Part shown: one piece after another, positions 9,428 to 17,618 of the stretch
Layout of the letters: each line of letters begins with the position of its first letter
Position numbering within the stretch: the stretch's first letter is position 1
Origin: an uncultured virus (IMG/VR IMGVR_UViG_2061766007_000422)
Taxonomy: Duplodnaviria; Heunggongvirae; Uroviricota; Caudoviricetes
Virus record (IMG/VR): IMGVR_UViG_2061766007_000422
DNA: 64,000 nucleotides
Reading direction: 5' to 3' (one strand)
Notes under the pieces: generated by a model
The model's database searches: none
What the model was told of the DNA's origin: nothing
Seen by the model: the letters and a program-made list of their open reading frames with translations, nothing else
Program-made: the position numbers and the translations under genes

Positions 9428-9871
9428 TTAAATGAGAGAGTAATAGGCACGTTTAATTTTAATAGATGTGATAGTTGGCACCTCTTTGCGCTTAAGCTGA
9501 CGCGACTGACGCAATTTATAAAATTTAGGATTATAAGCTGTATACGTAATACCATTTACATTTATTGTAAGCACTTCAGGAACTTCATTACCCTCATTAT
9601 CACACCAATGTGTTTCTATTCTTTCTTGTGTGTTCATACTTTCTTCTTCACGTATTTCTTTTATGAGATATTTACAAAATTCTAACGTGTCAAGAACATA
9701 CTTAATTTCTGAGTATGTATATTTGTTGTCGCAAAGTTTGATAATATCACGAATAGCAAGGGCAGTATTCATATTTTTAACAAAAATATTGTAAATAATG
9801 TCTATTCTATCAGAAATTTCTGGCCCTTTTTCTACTGTGTAGAACTGTTCTTTCCAAGTTGTGTTAGTCAT
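9428..9871 (-). CDS. Hypothetical protein
   Basis: 147 aa with conserved leader and RBS. Confidence 0.7.
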   Translation of the reverse strand: MTNTTWKEQFYTVEKGPEISDRIDIIYNIFVKNMNTALAIRDIIKLCDNKYTYSEIKYVLDTLEFCKYLIKEIREEESMNTQERIETHWCDNEGNEVPEVLTINVNGITYTAYNPKFYKLRQSRQLKRKEVPTITSIKIKRAYYSLI

Positions 9872-9944
9872 GTTTTTACCTTTCTGGTTTTAAGTGTTTT
9901 CCTTCACTTCATTGTCTATATTATATCATGGTGAGAGAGGATTG

Positions 9945-10106
9945 TCAAGTTAATTCTTTGTTAATGCGTTTTCGCGCCATCTTGCGTAATTTTTGTTTTA
10001 ATTTTCTGCGCGAATTAGTAGAATTATTAACATACTTATTGCTTCTTGCGTCTAAATCCCACGCACTTGTTTCATGGTCAATCTTTTTATATAAGCTACG
10101 TTTCAT
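9945..10106 (-). CDS. Small basic protein (53 aa)
   Basis: Read manually MKRSLYKKIDHETSAWD...RKRINKELT; RBS GAGGGA and promoter. Confidence 0.6.
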   Translation of the reverse strand: MKRSLYKKIDHETSAWDLDARSNKYVNNSTNSRRKLKQKLRKMARKRINKELT

Positions 10107-10206
10107 AATTCCCTCACTTTCTATAACTATTATATCGCGCGATTATTTATTTGTCAAGTTAATTGTATGTAAATTAAGGCGCCGGCCGCGAATTTAACGA
10201 AGGCGA

Positions 10207-10605
10207 TTACTCGCCTTCGTGTATCATTGCTTCAAGTCCTTTTTTATTCAAGTCTTTAATAACTTTTTTGGCTTCTCGCTTTGCTTCTCTTGCTTTTGCT
10301 TCTGCTTCCTTTTTAGCCTTGCTTGCGTCTTTCTTCGCTTGCTTTGCTTCAAGTTCTGCTTTGTAGTCCTCTGCGAGTCCATAACCATCATAGTCATCGT
10401 AACCACCTGCGCCATTACGAGTGCCACGAGGAATTGAAACTTTGATTAACACAAACTTTTCATTTCCTTCTGCGTCAAGAACAGGGATAGTAAGTTCGCT
10501 TGCACTAATAGGCAAAACATCTGTTTCATATTTGGTTTGTATTGCGTCTGTTATAAACTGAATAAATTCTACTCTGAGGGCAGTTTCCAAACTTGCTTTG
10601 CTCAT
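10207..10605 (-). CDS. Hypothetical protein (family B)
   Basis: Start MSKA after AAAGGAG; paralogue of 4714-5049. Confidence 0.8.
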   Translation of the reverse strand: MSKASLETALRVEFIQFITDAIQTKYETDVLPISASELTIPVLDAEGNEKFVLIKVSIPRGTRNGAGGYDDYDGYGLAEDYKAELEAKQAKKDASKAKKEAEAKAREAKREAKKVIKDLNKKGLEAMIHEGE

Positions 10606-10659
10606 TGTGTGTTCTCCTTTCACTTGATAGGTATATTATATCATGGAGGGGTAGTTTTG

Positions 10660-10863
10660 TCAAATTAAATCTTCGTTAAGATATTCTTCCCAGCTGGCAT
10701 AATATGCGCCAAAATCATCACATTCTTCTATAGGGTCAGCAATATGACAAACTCCATATTTGCTACAATATGGGCAATCACCATATGCGTTAACAGGACA
10801 ATAGACAGTCTTGCCTTCATAGACACCATCAGTTTCCCAATATTCCCATTCTTGCTTTGCCAT
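10660..10863 (-). CDS. Small Cys-rich acidic protein
   Basis: CP..CPYC..CH..C; RBS and promoter. Confidence 0.7.
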   Translation of the reverse strand: MAKQEWEYWETDGVYEGKTVYCPVNAYGDCPYCSKYGVCHIADPIEECDDFGAYYASWEEYLNEDLI

Positions 10864-10929
10864 CTTTTTCTCCTTTGCTTTATAATTCTATTATATCACA
10901 AATTTGAAATTTGTCAAGAGTTTTTTCTG

Positions 10930-11088
10930 TTAACCTTTTGTTAAAACTCCAAAAATTTGAAAACCTACACAACAAAGCATAATAATTTTACCTGTTACGC
11001 TATCGCCTAAAAACCACATAGTAAAAGCAATAAAACCTATTATCATAGATAATACCATCAAACCCCAACCTATAATATGTTTTTTCAT
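10930..11088 (-). CDS. Small two-TM membrane protein (52 aa)
   Basis: Read manually MKKHIIGWGLMVLSMIIGFIAFTMWFLG...; RBS and promoter. Confidence 0.6.
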   Translation of the reverse strand: MKKHIIGWGLMVLSMIIGFIAFTMWFLGDSVTGKIIMLCCVGFQIFGVLTKG

Positions 11089-11244
11089 AACAGACCAAAT
11101 TCCTTTCTTTTGATATATAAATTATACCAAAGTCTGTTTTATCTGTCAAGTAAATTTTGTGTTAAAATGGCGGCCGGCCTCGCGCTTAACATGAAATTAA
11201 CAATGTAAATAAAAAAACAGACCCTAAAGGGTCTGTTAAGAGGG

Positions 11245-11655
11245 TTACTTGACAAAGTAAGTGTTAGGTTTACCCTTTGCTTCTACCTTGCCAATTTCGT
11301 CTGAAAGCTCATGGAGCAGAAGATACTGAACCTTGTTAGCAGTCCAATCAGAGGGCAACTTGTCCCTGCAAGCTTCAAAAATCTCTTTGGCAGTGAGGTG
11401 AGGAGTATTATACACCACATCACGCACAACAGGAAGGACATCAGCAATTGCGTTTGCACGTTCCTGCGCAGACTTTTCCTTACGCTTAGCCTGCGCTTCA
11501 GGGCTTGAAGTTCTGGGCTTCATAAGCTGTTCACGCATACCTGCGATGGTCATCAGAGCGTCAGCAATCTTGGCACGCTGTTCATCGTTGAAAGCAGAGA
11601 GGTCACAAGCGTTGATGGTTTCAGTTACAATCTGAAGGGCAGAGTTCTTAGTCAT
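11245..11655 (-). CDS. Putative winged-helix DNA-binding protein (family C)
   Basis: HLTAKEIF..LPSDWTANKVQYLL..KGKPNTY. Confidence 0.7.
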   Translation of the reverse strand: MTKNSALQIVTETINACDLSAFNDEQRAKIADALMTIAGMREQLMKPRTSSPEAQAKRKEKSAQERANAIADVLPVVRDVVYNTPHLTAKEIFEACRDKLPSDWTANKVQYLLLHELSDEIGKVEAKGKPNTYFVK

Positions 11656-11748
11656 AGTTTTAAGTTCCTTTCTGGTTTATAAGAGTTTTCCTTCTCTTGA
11701 TTACGTTGTTATTATACCACAAATTTTAAGGATTGTCAAGTTAAGATT

Positions 11749-11958
11749 TTATGAAGGATTATATTCATCAAGATTATCTTTTGTCCAAACAGTTACACCT
11801 TTACTCATATGAATAGGTTTATAACACATTTGAAATATATCTTCATCAAACTTTTCGTTGTTAATTATACACCATTTGTTATAGGCAAGTCGTGCAGTTT
11901 CTTCACTGTCGAAAAATTCCCATTCATCGCCTTCTGTACAACACCACAGTTCTTTCAT
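11749..11958 (-). CDS. Hypothetical protein
   Basis: 69 aa with RBS and promoter. Confidence 0.7.
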   Translation of the reverse strand: MKELWCCTEGDEWEFFDSEETARLAYNKWCIINNEKFDEDIFQMCYKPIHMSKGVTVWTKDNLDEYNPS

Positions 11959-12028
11959 CTTTTTCTCTCCTTCGCTTTTGTGATTATATTATATCATATG
12001 AGGAATTATTTGTCAAGTTAAGAATTTG

Positions 12029-12121
12029 TTAACGTTTTTTAAGCTGTTGTATCAGATTGATAATTGCACATATAATAATTAGTGCTTGGCAAATAATGAT
12101 GATTATTATTTTTTTCTCCAT
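12029..12121 (-). CDS. Single-TM peptide (30 aa)
   Basis: MEKKIIIIIICQALIIICAIINLIQQLKKR; RBS and promoter. Confidence 0.55.
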   Translation of the reverse strand: MEKKIIIIIICQALIIICAIINLIQQLKKR

Positions 12122-12176
12122 GTCGTTTCCCTCACTTTCTGAATACATTATATCATAAGAGGGGTATATTGTCAAG

Positions 12177-12323
12177 TTAAGAATTTGTTATGTATTGAAT
12201 CAGTATTTCATAATTTTTTCCTTTAATACAAGGCGTGCCATTATTGTATTGAGTTTGACCCTCTTTAGTGGTCAATCCACGAATTAAAGCAAGTAACGTT
12301 TCTTTATCAATAGTATTTTTCAT
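12177..12323 (-). CDS. Hypothetical peptide (48 aa)
   Basis: MKNTIDKETLLALIRG...; RBS and promoter. Confidence 0.55.
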   Translation of the reverse strand: MKNTIDKETLLALIRGLTTKEGQTQYNNGTPCIKGKNYEILIQYITNS

Positions 12324-12501
12324 TTCCTTTTCCTCCTTTGTTTTCATACTTCAATTATATCACAAATTCCTTATATGTCAATACCTTATTTGTAAACTTT
12401 GTGTAAATTCTGGCGCCGGGCCGCGATTTAACTTGTTTTTAACTTGACAAAAACATCTTCATCCCTTATAATTGTAGTATCAAATGAGAAGGGATAAAGC
12501 G

Positions 12502-13005
12502 ATGAAGAACTCTTATCAGATACGTGCGAAAAAAACTTGGGAAGCTCTCAAGCCCTATTTAGTGGGTTGTACTAATCTTTTTAAATATGAACGTGCTGTT
12601 TATAGGTTTAATTGCGATAAACATCGTAATGTTCATTTTTGTTCTGGTTCTACTCGCATTTGTTTTATTTCTGCTGATTATGTTATAAAAATGGATTATG
12701 ACAAAGACCAAGTTTCAATTTGGGGTGGGTGTCAGTCTGAATATGATAATTATGATTTTGCTTGCGTTAATGGTTGTGATGGCGCGTTTTGTCCTATTGA
12801 AAAAATAGATGAAAATGTATATGTTATGCCTCGTGCTAAAATGGCTGATTGGGATGATGAAAGCATACTTGATGAGTTTTGGCGTGACTGTACTGATGAA
12901 GAGTATTGGTATGTTCAAGAGAATATAAAGGATATTCATAATCAAAATGTAGGACATTATAAAGGTAGGGTGGTGTTAATAGATTATGCTGCGTGCGTTA
13001 ATTAA
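12502..13005 (+). CDS. Protein-kinase-like (PKL fold) protein
   Basis: SGSTR loop, YVIK, conserved E, DIHNQN catalytic loop, LIDYA; own + promoter 12444-12472. Confidence 0.7.
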   Translation: MKNSYQIRAKKTWEALKPYLVGCTNLFKYERAVYRFNCDKHRNVHFCSGSTRICFISADYVIKMDYDKDQVSIWGGCQSEYDNYDFACVNGCDGAFCPIEKIDENVYVMPRAKMADWDDESILDEFWRDCTDEEYWYVQENIKDIHNQNVGHYKGRVVLIDYAACVN

Positions 13006-13063
13006 CGCGCGCATTTGTTAATTTTAGATTGAAATTGCGGCCGGCCCGCAACTTAACGCTCAG

Positions 13064-13543
13064 TTAACACTGAGCGTCAAGCCACGAAATCATAAAGCGA
13101 GAAGCACTTTTAAATCTAATTTTAGGCTCGTGCGTTTTGCTGTCTCTGTCAAGTCTGGTGAATAAGCGCACAAAATTACCAAACTCTTTTTTATTCATCC
13201 ACCATTCGCTCGTTTCGGCGGTTTTATCATCAAAATCTACGAACACAAACACAGAAGAATGAACTTTTTTAAAGAAGGTTTTAATCTGTTCGTTGGTCGT
13301 GCCGTGAAGGTCACGGGCGAGGGAGGCGTTAGCACTCTTTACGCTTGCGTTATATTCTTCAATGTCGCTACCATTATCATAAGAAGTAGAAGGATTGGTT
13401 TCCGTGTATAAACCTAAACGCTCTTTTACAAGACTTTCGGCAAGCTGCCCATGGTTTTGATTGTGTCCATTTACAAGGTAGCGGGCGCCACTATGGGTAG
13501 TGTGAGTAAAATTCAAGGTGGAAATGTAAGTTATCTTTTTCAT
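13064..13543 (-). CDS. Putative PD-(D/E)xK-like protein (family D)
   Basis: NHGQLAE..GSDI..SVKS..ASL pattern. Confidence 0.6.
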   Translation of the reverse strand: MKKITYISTLNFTHTTHSGARYLVNGHNQNHGQLAESLVKERLGLYTETNPSTSYDNGSDIEEYNASVKSANASLARDLHGTTNEQIKTFFKKVHSSVFVFVDFDDKTAETSEWWMNKKEFGNFVRLFTRLDRDSKTHEPKIRFKSASRFMISWLDAQC

Positions 13544-13609
13544 TGCGGTGTCTCCTCTCGTTTCTTTCTGTAATTATTATACCATCAGTCGGTGGCTATG
13601 TCAAGTTAA

Positions 13610-14050
13610 TTAAATGTTAAGAAGTGTTTCGTAAATCTGTATTGGCTCGTATGCTTTGCCTGTCCACGTGAGACGATTTTTTTCTTCATCATCAAAAAGT
13701 ATGTCATATGGAGAAGTGGCAAAATTCTGCTTGGGCGTGCCATGCGCTACAATCTGAATTTCATCCCATTTGACGCTTGGCAAGTGTTTTTTTAGCCAGC
13801 TCGCCTTTGCCTGCGTAACCTCTTGGTCGTAGCTTGCCTGAGGCTCTTTGCTTAGCCAGCTCACAATACCTATGCGCCAGCCCTCAGCTTGCGCCTTGTG
13901 GAGCAGTCGCGCCAGCTTGCTCATATTCAGCATAGGCTTTGCTTGTATGTAAGGCGTGGCATCATAGGCGCGAAGCATAGCAAGCCAGTTGTCTACGCCA
14001 TAGAGGTCTGCTATTGTGCCATCCATATCAAACCAAATCGTGCCTTTCAT
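13610..14050 (-). CDS. HAD-family 5'(3')-deoxyribonucleotidase-like phosphatase
   Basis: DMDGTIAD, K..WL..H.P, ILFDD. Confidence 0.85.
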   Translation of the reverse strand: MKGTIWFDMDGTIADLYGVDNWLAMLRAYDATPYIQAKPMLNMSKLARLLHKAQAEGWRIGIVSWLSKEPQASYDQEVTQAKASWLKKHLPSVKWDEIQIVAHGTPKQNFATSPYDILFDDEEKNRLTWTGKAYEPIQIYETLLNI

Positions 14051-14162
14051 TGTCTTGTTTCCTTTCCTGTTTTGTGATTACATTATACCATGCGGACTTG
14101 TGATTGTCAAGTTAAGACTCTGTTAAGTTCGGCGCCGGTCAATTTGTTAACATAGACGTAAC

Positions 14163-14412
14163 AGACGCACTCAAAACGAGTGCGCCCATTAAAAAGAAAG
14201 AGAGGGATAGGGTTGCTTCGTCCATCTGCGCTTCCAACCCTTGCGCAGTATCTTTGGTCTACTGGATTAACGTGGGGATAGGTTGCCATTGACCATGGTT
14301 AGTCTTAGGACACGACTTTATAGGTCTTACTGCGCTCAAATAGCGACTTACTGCCAACCTATTGCGAAGAGTGACCTTGTTCACTCCACGCTGAGGGTTT
14401 CTCCCTCAGAAC
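14163..14412 (-). ncRNA. Putative structured RNA of about 250 nt
   Basis: Promoter 14419-14447; stems 14391-14397/14403-14409, 14278-14285/14355-14362, 14209-14215/14235-14241; terminal hairpin 14167-14184. Confidence 0.5.
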
Positions 14413-14507
14413 AATATCATTATAGCATCTTATTCCTATATTGTCAAGTTAAGAGTACGTTAAGCCGCTGGCCGGCGCGATAGTTAACAAAAATGAAACA
14501 AAGGGGA

Positions 14508-14711
14508 CTATCTCATCCCCTGTATTCTGACATTGTGCAGTATCACAACTTCATTCCCAAGCTGATTCAGTTCCTTTGCAATCTGGTCTGCTCTGTGGCC
14601 ACTGGTGTATGCGCTGAAGAACCAGTATTCACCATTTACCACACGGCACACTTCAAACTCGTACTTCTTAGCGTAGTCAGGCTCGTTGTTAACTCTAATA
14701 ATCTTTTCCAT
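14508..14711 (-). CDS. Hypothetical protein
   Basis: Start MEKII after GAGGA. Confidence 0.7.
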   Translation of the reverse strand: MEKIIRVNNEPDYAKKYEFEVCRVVNGEYWFFSAYTSGHRADQIAKELNQLGNEVVILHNVRIQGMR

Positions 14712-14800
14712 GTTTTTTCTCCTCTCACTTTCTGTATCCATTATAACCGATAAGGTCAAATCTGTCAAGTTAAGCTTCTGTTAACTTCCGGGCCGGGAGC

Positions 14801-15253
14801 TCACGCTCCCACATGGGAGAGCGTGCGCTCGTTAGTCAGCTCTGCGCTGTCGAATTTTATTTGAACCTTCAGCCCCTCAAGCTTTATATCACCGTCCACG
14901 TAGAACGGAACGCTGTCCTTGATCCAGTGCTGTCCGTTCAGGTCGTGTATCAAGTGTTCGTAGTGCTCGCCCCTGTTATACTGGTCATCGTAGTCGAGCA
15001 AGGTCTCAGCTCCAAGCTTAACCGCCATACCGCAGTTAATCAGACGGGTCTTTGCCCAGTTATCGAAGCTCAGCCTTAGCTTCGCCCACCCGCCACGCTT
15101 GCTTGCCATGCGCCCAAGCTTGATGCTGTCCATCACAGGTTCCAGGCTGTCCGTCTCCACGCTGTAGAGTTCGCCGTGGAATACAAACCCGAAGTTGTAT
15201 TTGTCCGCCACGCTCAGCTCTTCGTATCTTTTCAGCATTTCTTCTCTCGTCAT
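14801..15253 (-). CDS. Putative PD-(D/E)xK-like protein (family D)
   Basis: NRGEHYE..GDI...VQIKF..AEL.NERT; paralogue of 20479-20946. Confidence 0.7.
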   Translation of the reverse strand: MTREEMLKRYEELSVADKYNFGFVFHGELYSVETDSLEPVMDSIKLGRMASKRGGWAKLRLSFDNWAKTRLINCGMAVKLGAETLLDYDDQYNRGEHYEHLIHDLNGQHWIKDSVPFYVDGDIKLEGLKVQIKFDSAELTNERTLSHVGA

Positions 15254-15530
15254 TGTCCCGTTCTCCTCTCTCTTTTTTGTAATTACATTATATCACCGCG
15301 GAAGTATTTTGTCAACCCTTTTTTGTGTAAATTTGAGGTTAATTTGCGCGCCGGTCCAACACTTAACATGTTCTTAACATATAGGGTATACTTCCCCCTG
15401 TCCCTCCCTCCGGTGCAATTATATTATATCATATCGGTGAGATCGTGTCAATACTTTTTGTGTTAAGTGTATGTTAAAAACGCGGCCGGCGCGCATCTTA
15501 ATACGCCGTTAACAAACGAGGACCGACCCG

Positions 15531-15692
15531 TTAGTACAGGTCGGTCCAGTCGCCCTGGGCGAGGAGCGCGTCGGCTTCGCGCTCGCGCATCCCCTGCTCC
15601 CACTCGTCCGCGTAAATCGCGGCGAGGTCTTCGGGCGTGAGGATTTCATCCTCGCCCAGTTCGGTGTCGGCGTCCATCCAATATTCTTCCAT
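15531..15692 (-). CDS. Highly acidic peptide (family E, 53 aa)
   Basis: MEEYWMDADTELGEDEILTPEDLAAIYADEWEQGMREREADALLAQGDWTDLY; RBS and promoter. Confidence 0.75.
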   Translation of the reverse strand: MEEYWMDADTELGEDEILTPEDLAAIYADEWEQGMREREADALLAQGDWTDLY

Positions 15693-15752
15693 TGTTGTTT
15701 TCTCCTCTCATTTGATGATTACATTATATCACTGTTTAGCCGGTATGTCAAG

Positions 15753-15926
15753 TTAAGAAATGATTAAGTCTTGTTCGTAAAGACAGCAAGTGCCCGTTTT
15801 GTCATAAGATATACACACAACTGCGTCATGTGCATCTGCGTGCGCCCAAAGTCTATCGAGTAATTCTTTGGACAATTCTGAGGCGGTCTCAATAACAACA
15901 TTATTAGGGTCAAGCACTTTTATCAT
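15753..15926 (-). CDS. Hypothetical protein (57 aa)
   Basis: MIKVLDPNNVVIETASE...; RBS AGGAGG and promoter. Confidence 0.6.
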   Translation of the reverse strand: MIKVLDPNNVVIETASELSKELLDRLWAHADAHDAVVCISYDKTGTCCLYEQDLIIS

Positions 15927-16098
15927 AGTTTTTCTCCTCCTGTTTGATGGTTTTATTATATCACTTTCCGGTCATATTGTCAAGAGGGGTGTGTGTTAAT
16001 TATATGTTAAAAACATGGCCGGCGCGATTTTTAACGCGCCCTTAACAAAAGGGCGCGATCATCCGGAGGCACGCCCTGGAAGTAGCGGAAGCGGGGAC

Positions 16099-16308
16099 TT
16101 ACCAGTCCCCGCCGTCATCCCACTGGGAGAGCAGAAGGTCTTCCGCTTTCCGCTCCAATATCATTTGCTCCCATTCGCCTTCCGCGATGGCTTCCAGTTC
16201 CTCCGGGGAGAGGACTTCATCTTCATCCTCGTACTCATCCCACTCCTCGAAGTCTTCCCAGGACTCCTCGCCGATTTCGGTGTCCGCCATCATCCAATAC
16301 TGTTCCAT
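16099..16308 (-). CDS. Highly acidic peptide (family E, 69 aa)
   Basis: Start MEQYW after AGAGGAG; 28 D/E versus 2 K/R. Confidence 0.75.
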   Translation of the reverse strand: MEQYWMMADTEIGEESWEDFEEWDEYEDEDEVLSPEELEAIAEGEWEQMILERKAEDLLLSQWDDGGDW

Positions 16309-16425
16309 GTGTTTTCTCCTCTCTCTTCTTGATGATACTATTATAGCACGTCCAGGGTAGTTTGTCAATGGGTTGTTTGTGAAGATTGTGTTAATCCCGG
16401 ATGTCCTGGTGGTCGATGATGTATA

Positions 16426-16570
16426 GTGTTGGTGAGATTGGCTCCCTCTGCCGTCGCTCCTGCGGTCGGTGGCACTGAATTTCACAAGCCGTCTAAGGGT
16501 ATTGTCAGGACTTACATCGCTCACGTGGGCTTCGGCTCCTGCCGTGGCCTTGCCGTCCCTCACTCAACAC
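16426..16570 (-). ncRNA. Putative structured RNA of about 145 nt
   Basis: Promoter 16575-16603; ends pair (GTGTTGGTGAG 16426-16436/CTCACTCAACAC 16559-16570); GC-rich interior. Confidence 0.5.
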
Positions 16571-16604
16571 GTATATTATAACCGATTTGTGCTCGTCTGT
16601 CAAG

Positions 16605-16805
16605 TTAAGAGTTGGTTAACTGCGCTTTGCGCTCCAGGCGCTTCTTTCGACACCGGTAAGACATAAAACGATCAAAGCACCAAAACGCAATCCAGGCAAG
16701 AAAGCGCCAGGGCCATTTATTATCGCAACTCCAGAACCAGCAGAAAAAAAGCATAACGGACACAAGGCTAGAAAACAGATTATAAGATAAGCGGTTAAAG
16801 ATCAT
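16605..16805 (-). CDS. Small membrane protein
   Basis: 66 aa hydrophobic; RBS GGGAGG and promoter. Confidence 0.55.
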   Translation of the reverse strand: MIFNRLSYNLFSSLVSVMLFFCWFWSCDNKWPWRFLAWIAFWCFDRFMSYRCRKKRLERKAQLTNS

Positions 16806-16992
16806 ACTAATTACCTCCCGGTTGATGATACAATTATAACAGACTTTGGTCTGTTTGTCAATGGGGTAGATGTTAATTCCGTGTTAAGGTGCGGGCCGGT
16901 CCGACTTTTAACCTGGATTTAACATTTAAACTATTGACATGCCGGTGCTACTGTGTTATAATTGTATCATCAAGAGAGAGGAGAACAACCCC

Positions 16993-17148
16993 ATGAAAAA
17001 GATATTCGTTGTGATGTGCCACGTCCCGGAAGGAACTTTTTCCCTGTCCTGTATGTCCTCTGAGATAGACGCTGTGGAATGCGTCGCCTACATGACGGCG
17101 ATTGACCCCTCCGCCTCCTATTGGTACGAAGTGAGAGAGGGCACCTAA
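16993..17148 (+). CDS. Hypothetical protein
   Basis: Start MKKIF after GAGGAG; promoter 16934-16962. Confidence 0.65.
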   Translation: MKKIFVVMCHVPEGTFSLSCMSSEIDAVECVAYMTAIDPSASYWYEVREGT

Positions 17149-17247
17149 GGCGCCCTCCGTCCCGGAGGATTTCTTAACACCGATTTAACTTGACACCCCG
17201 GTTATTCTGCTGTATAATGATATCATCAAATGAAGGGAGAAAATACC

Positions 17248-17424
17248 ATGTATACGATTCTGAGAGTTTATGGAGACTTTGTTACTGTGACCGAGACTGC
17301 CGATAATATCGCAAACATATTCGGCGCGTGTGCCGTCTATGCTGAAGACCCTAATCTGATAGTTCTTAAGGCCTGGAACTCAAAAGATGGAACTGTGATA
17401 GTAGATTACTACTGGGGTGCATGA
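17248..17424 (+). CDS. Hypothetical protein
   Basis: Start MYTIL after AAGGGAG; promoter 17190-17218. Confidence 0.65.
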   Translation: MYTILRVYGDFVTVTETADNIANIFGACAVYAEDPNLIVLKAWNSKDGTVIVDYYWGA

Positions 17425-17618
17425 GGATATGGGCGCCGATGGCGCCCATTTATTTTTGCGGGTGCGTTCTAAAATAAAATTGAAATTACGCGCGCATTAT
17501 GGGAAATGTTAAGAACCGCGCCGGCCAGACTTTTAACATGAAATTAACATTGAAATGTGTTGACATTTTGGGGGTGCCGGTGTTATAATAGTGTCATCAA
17601 ATGAAGGGGGATTTCAAA

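Noticed and set aside
16309..16563. N-terminal extension of the 154-aa ORF
   Set aside because: It crosses a promoter and an RBS; the paralogue at 15531-15692 supports the start at 16308.
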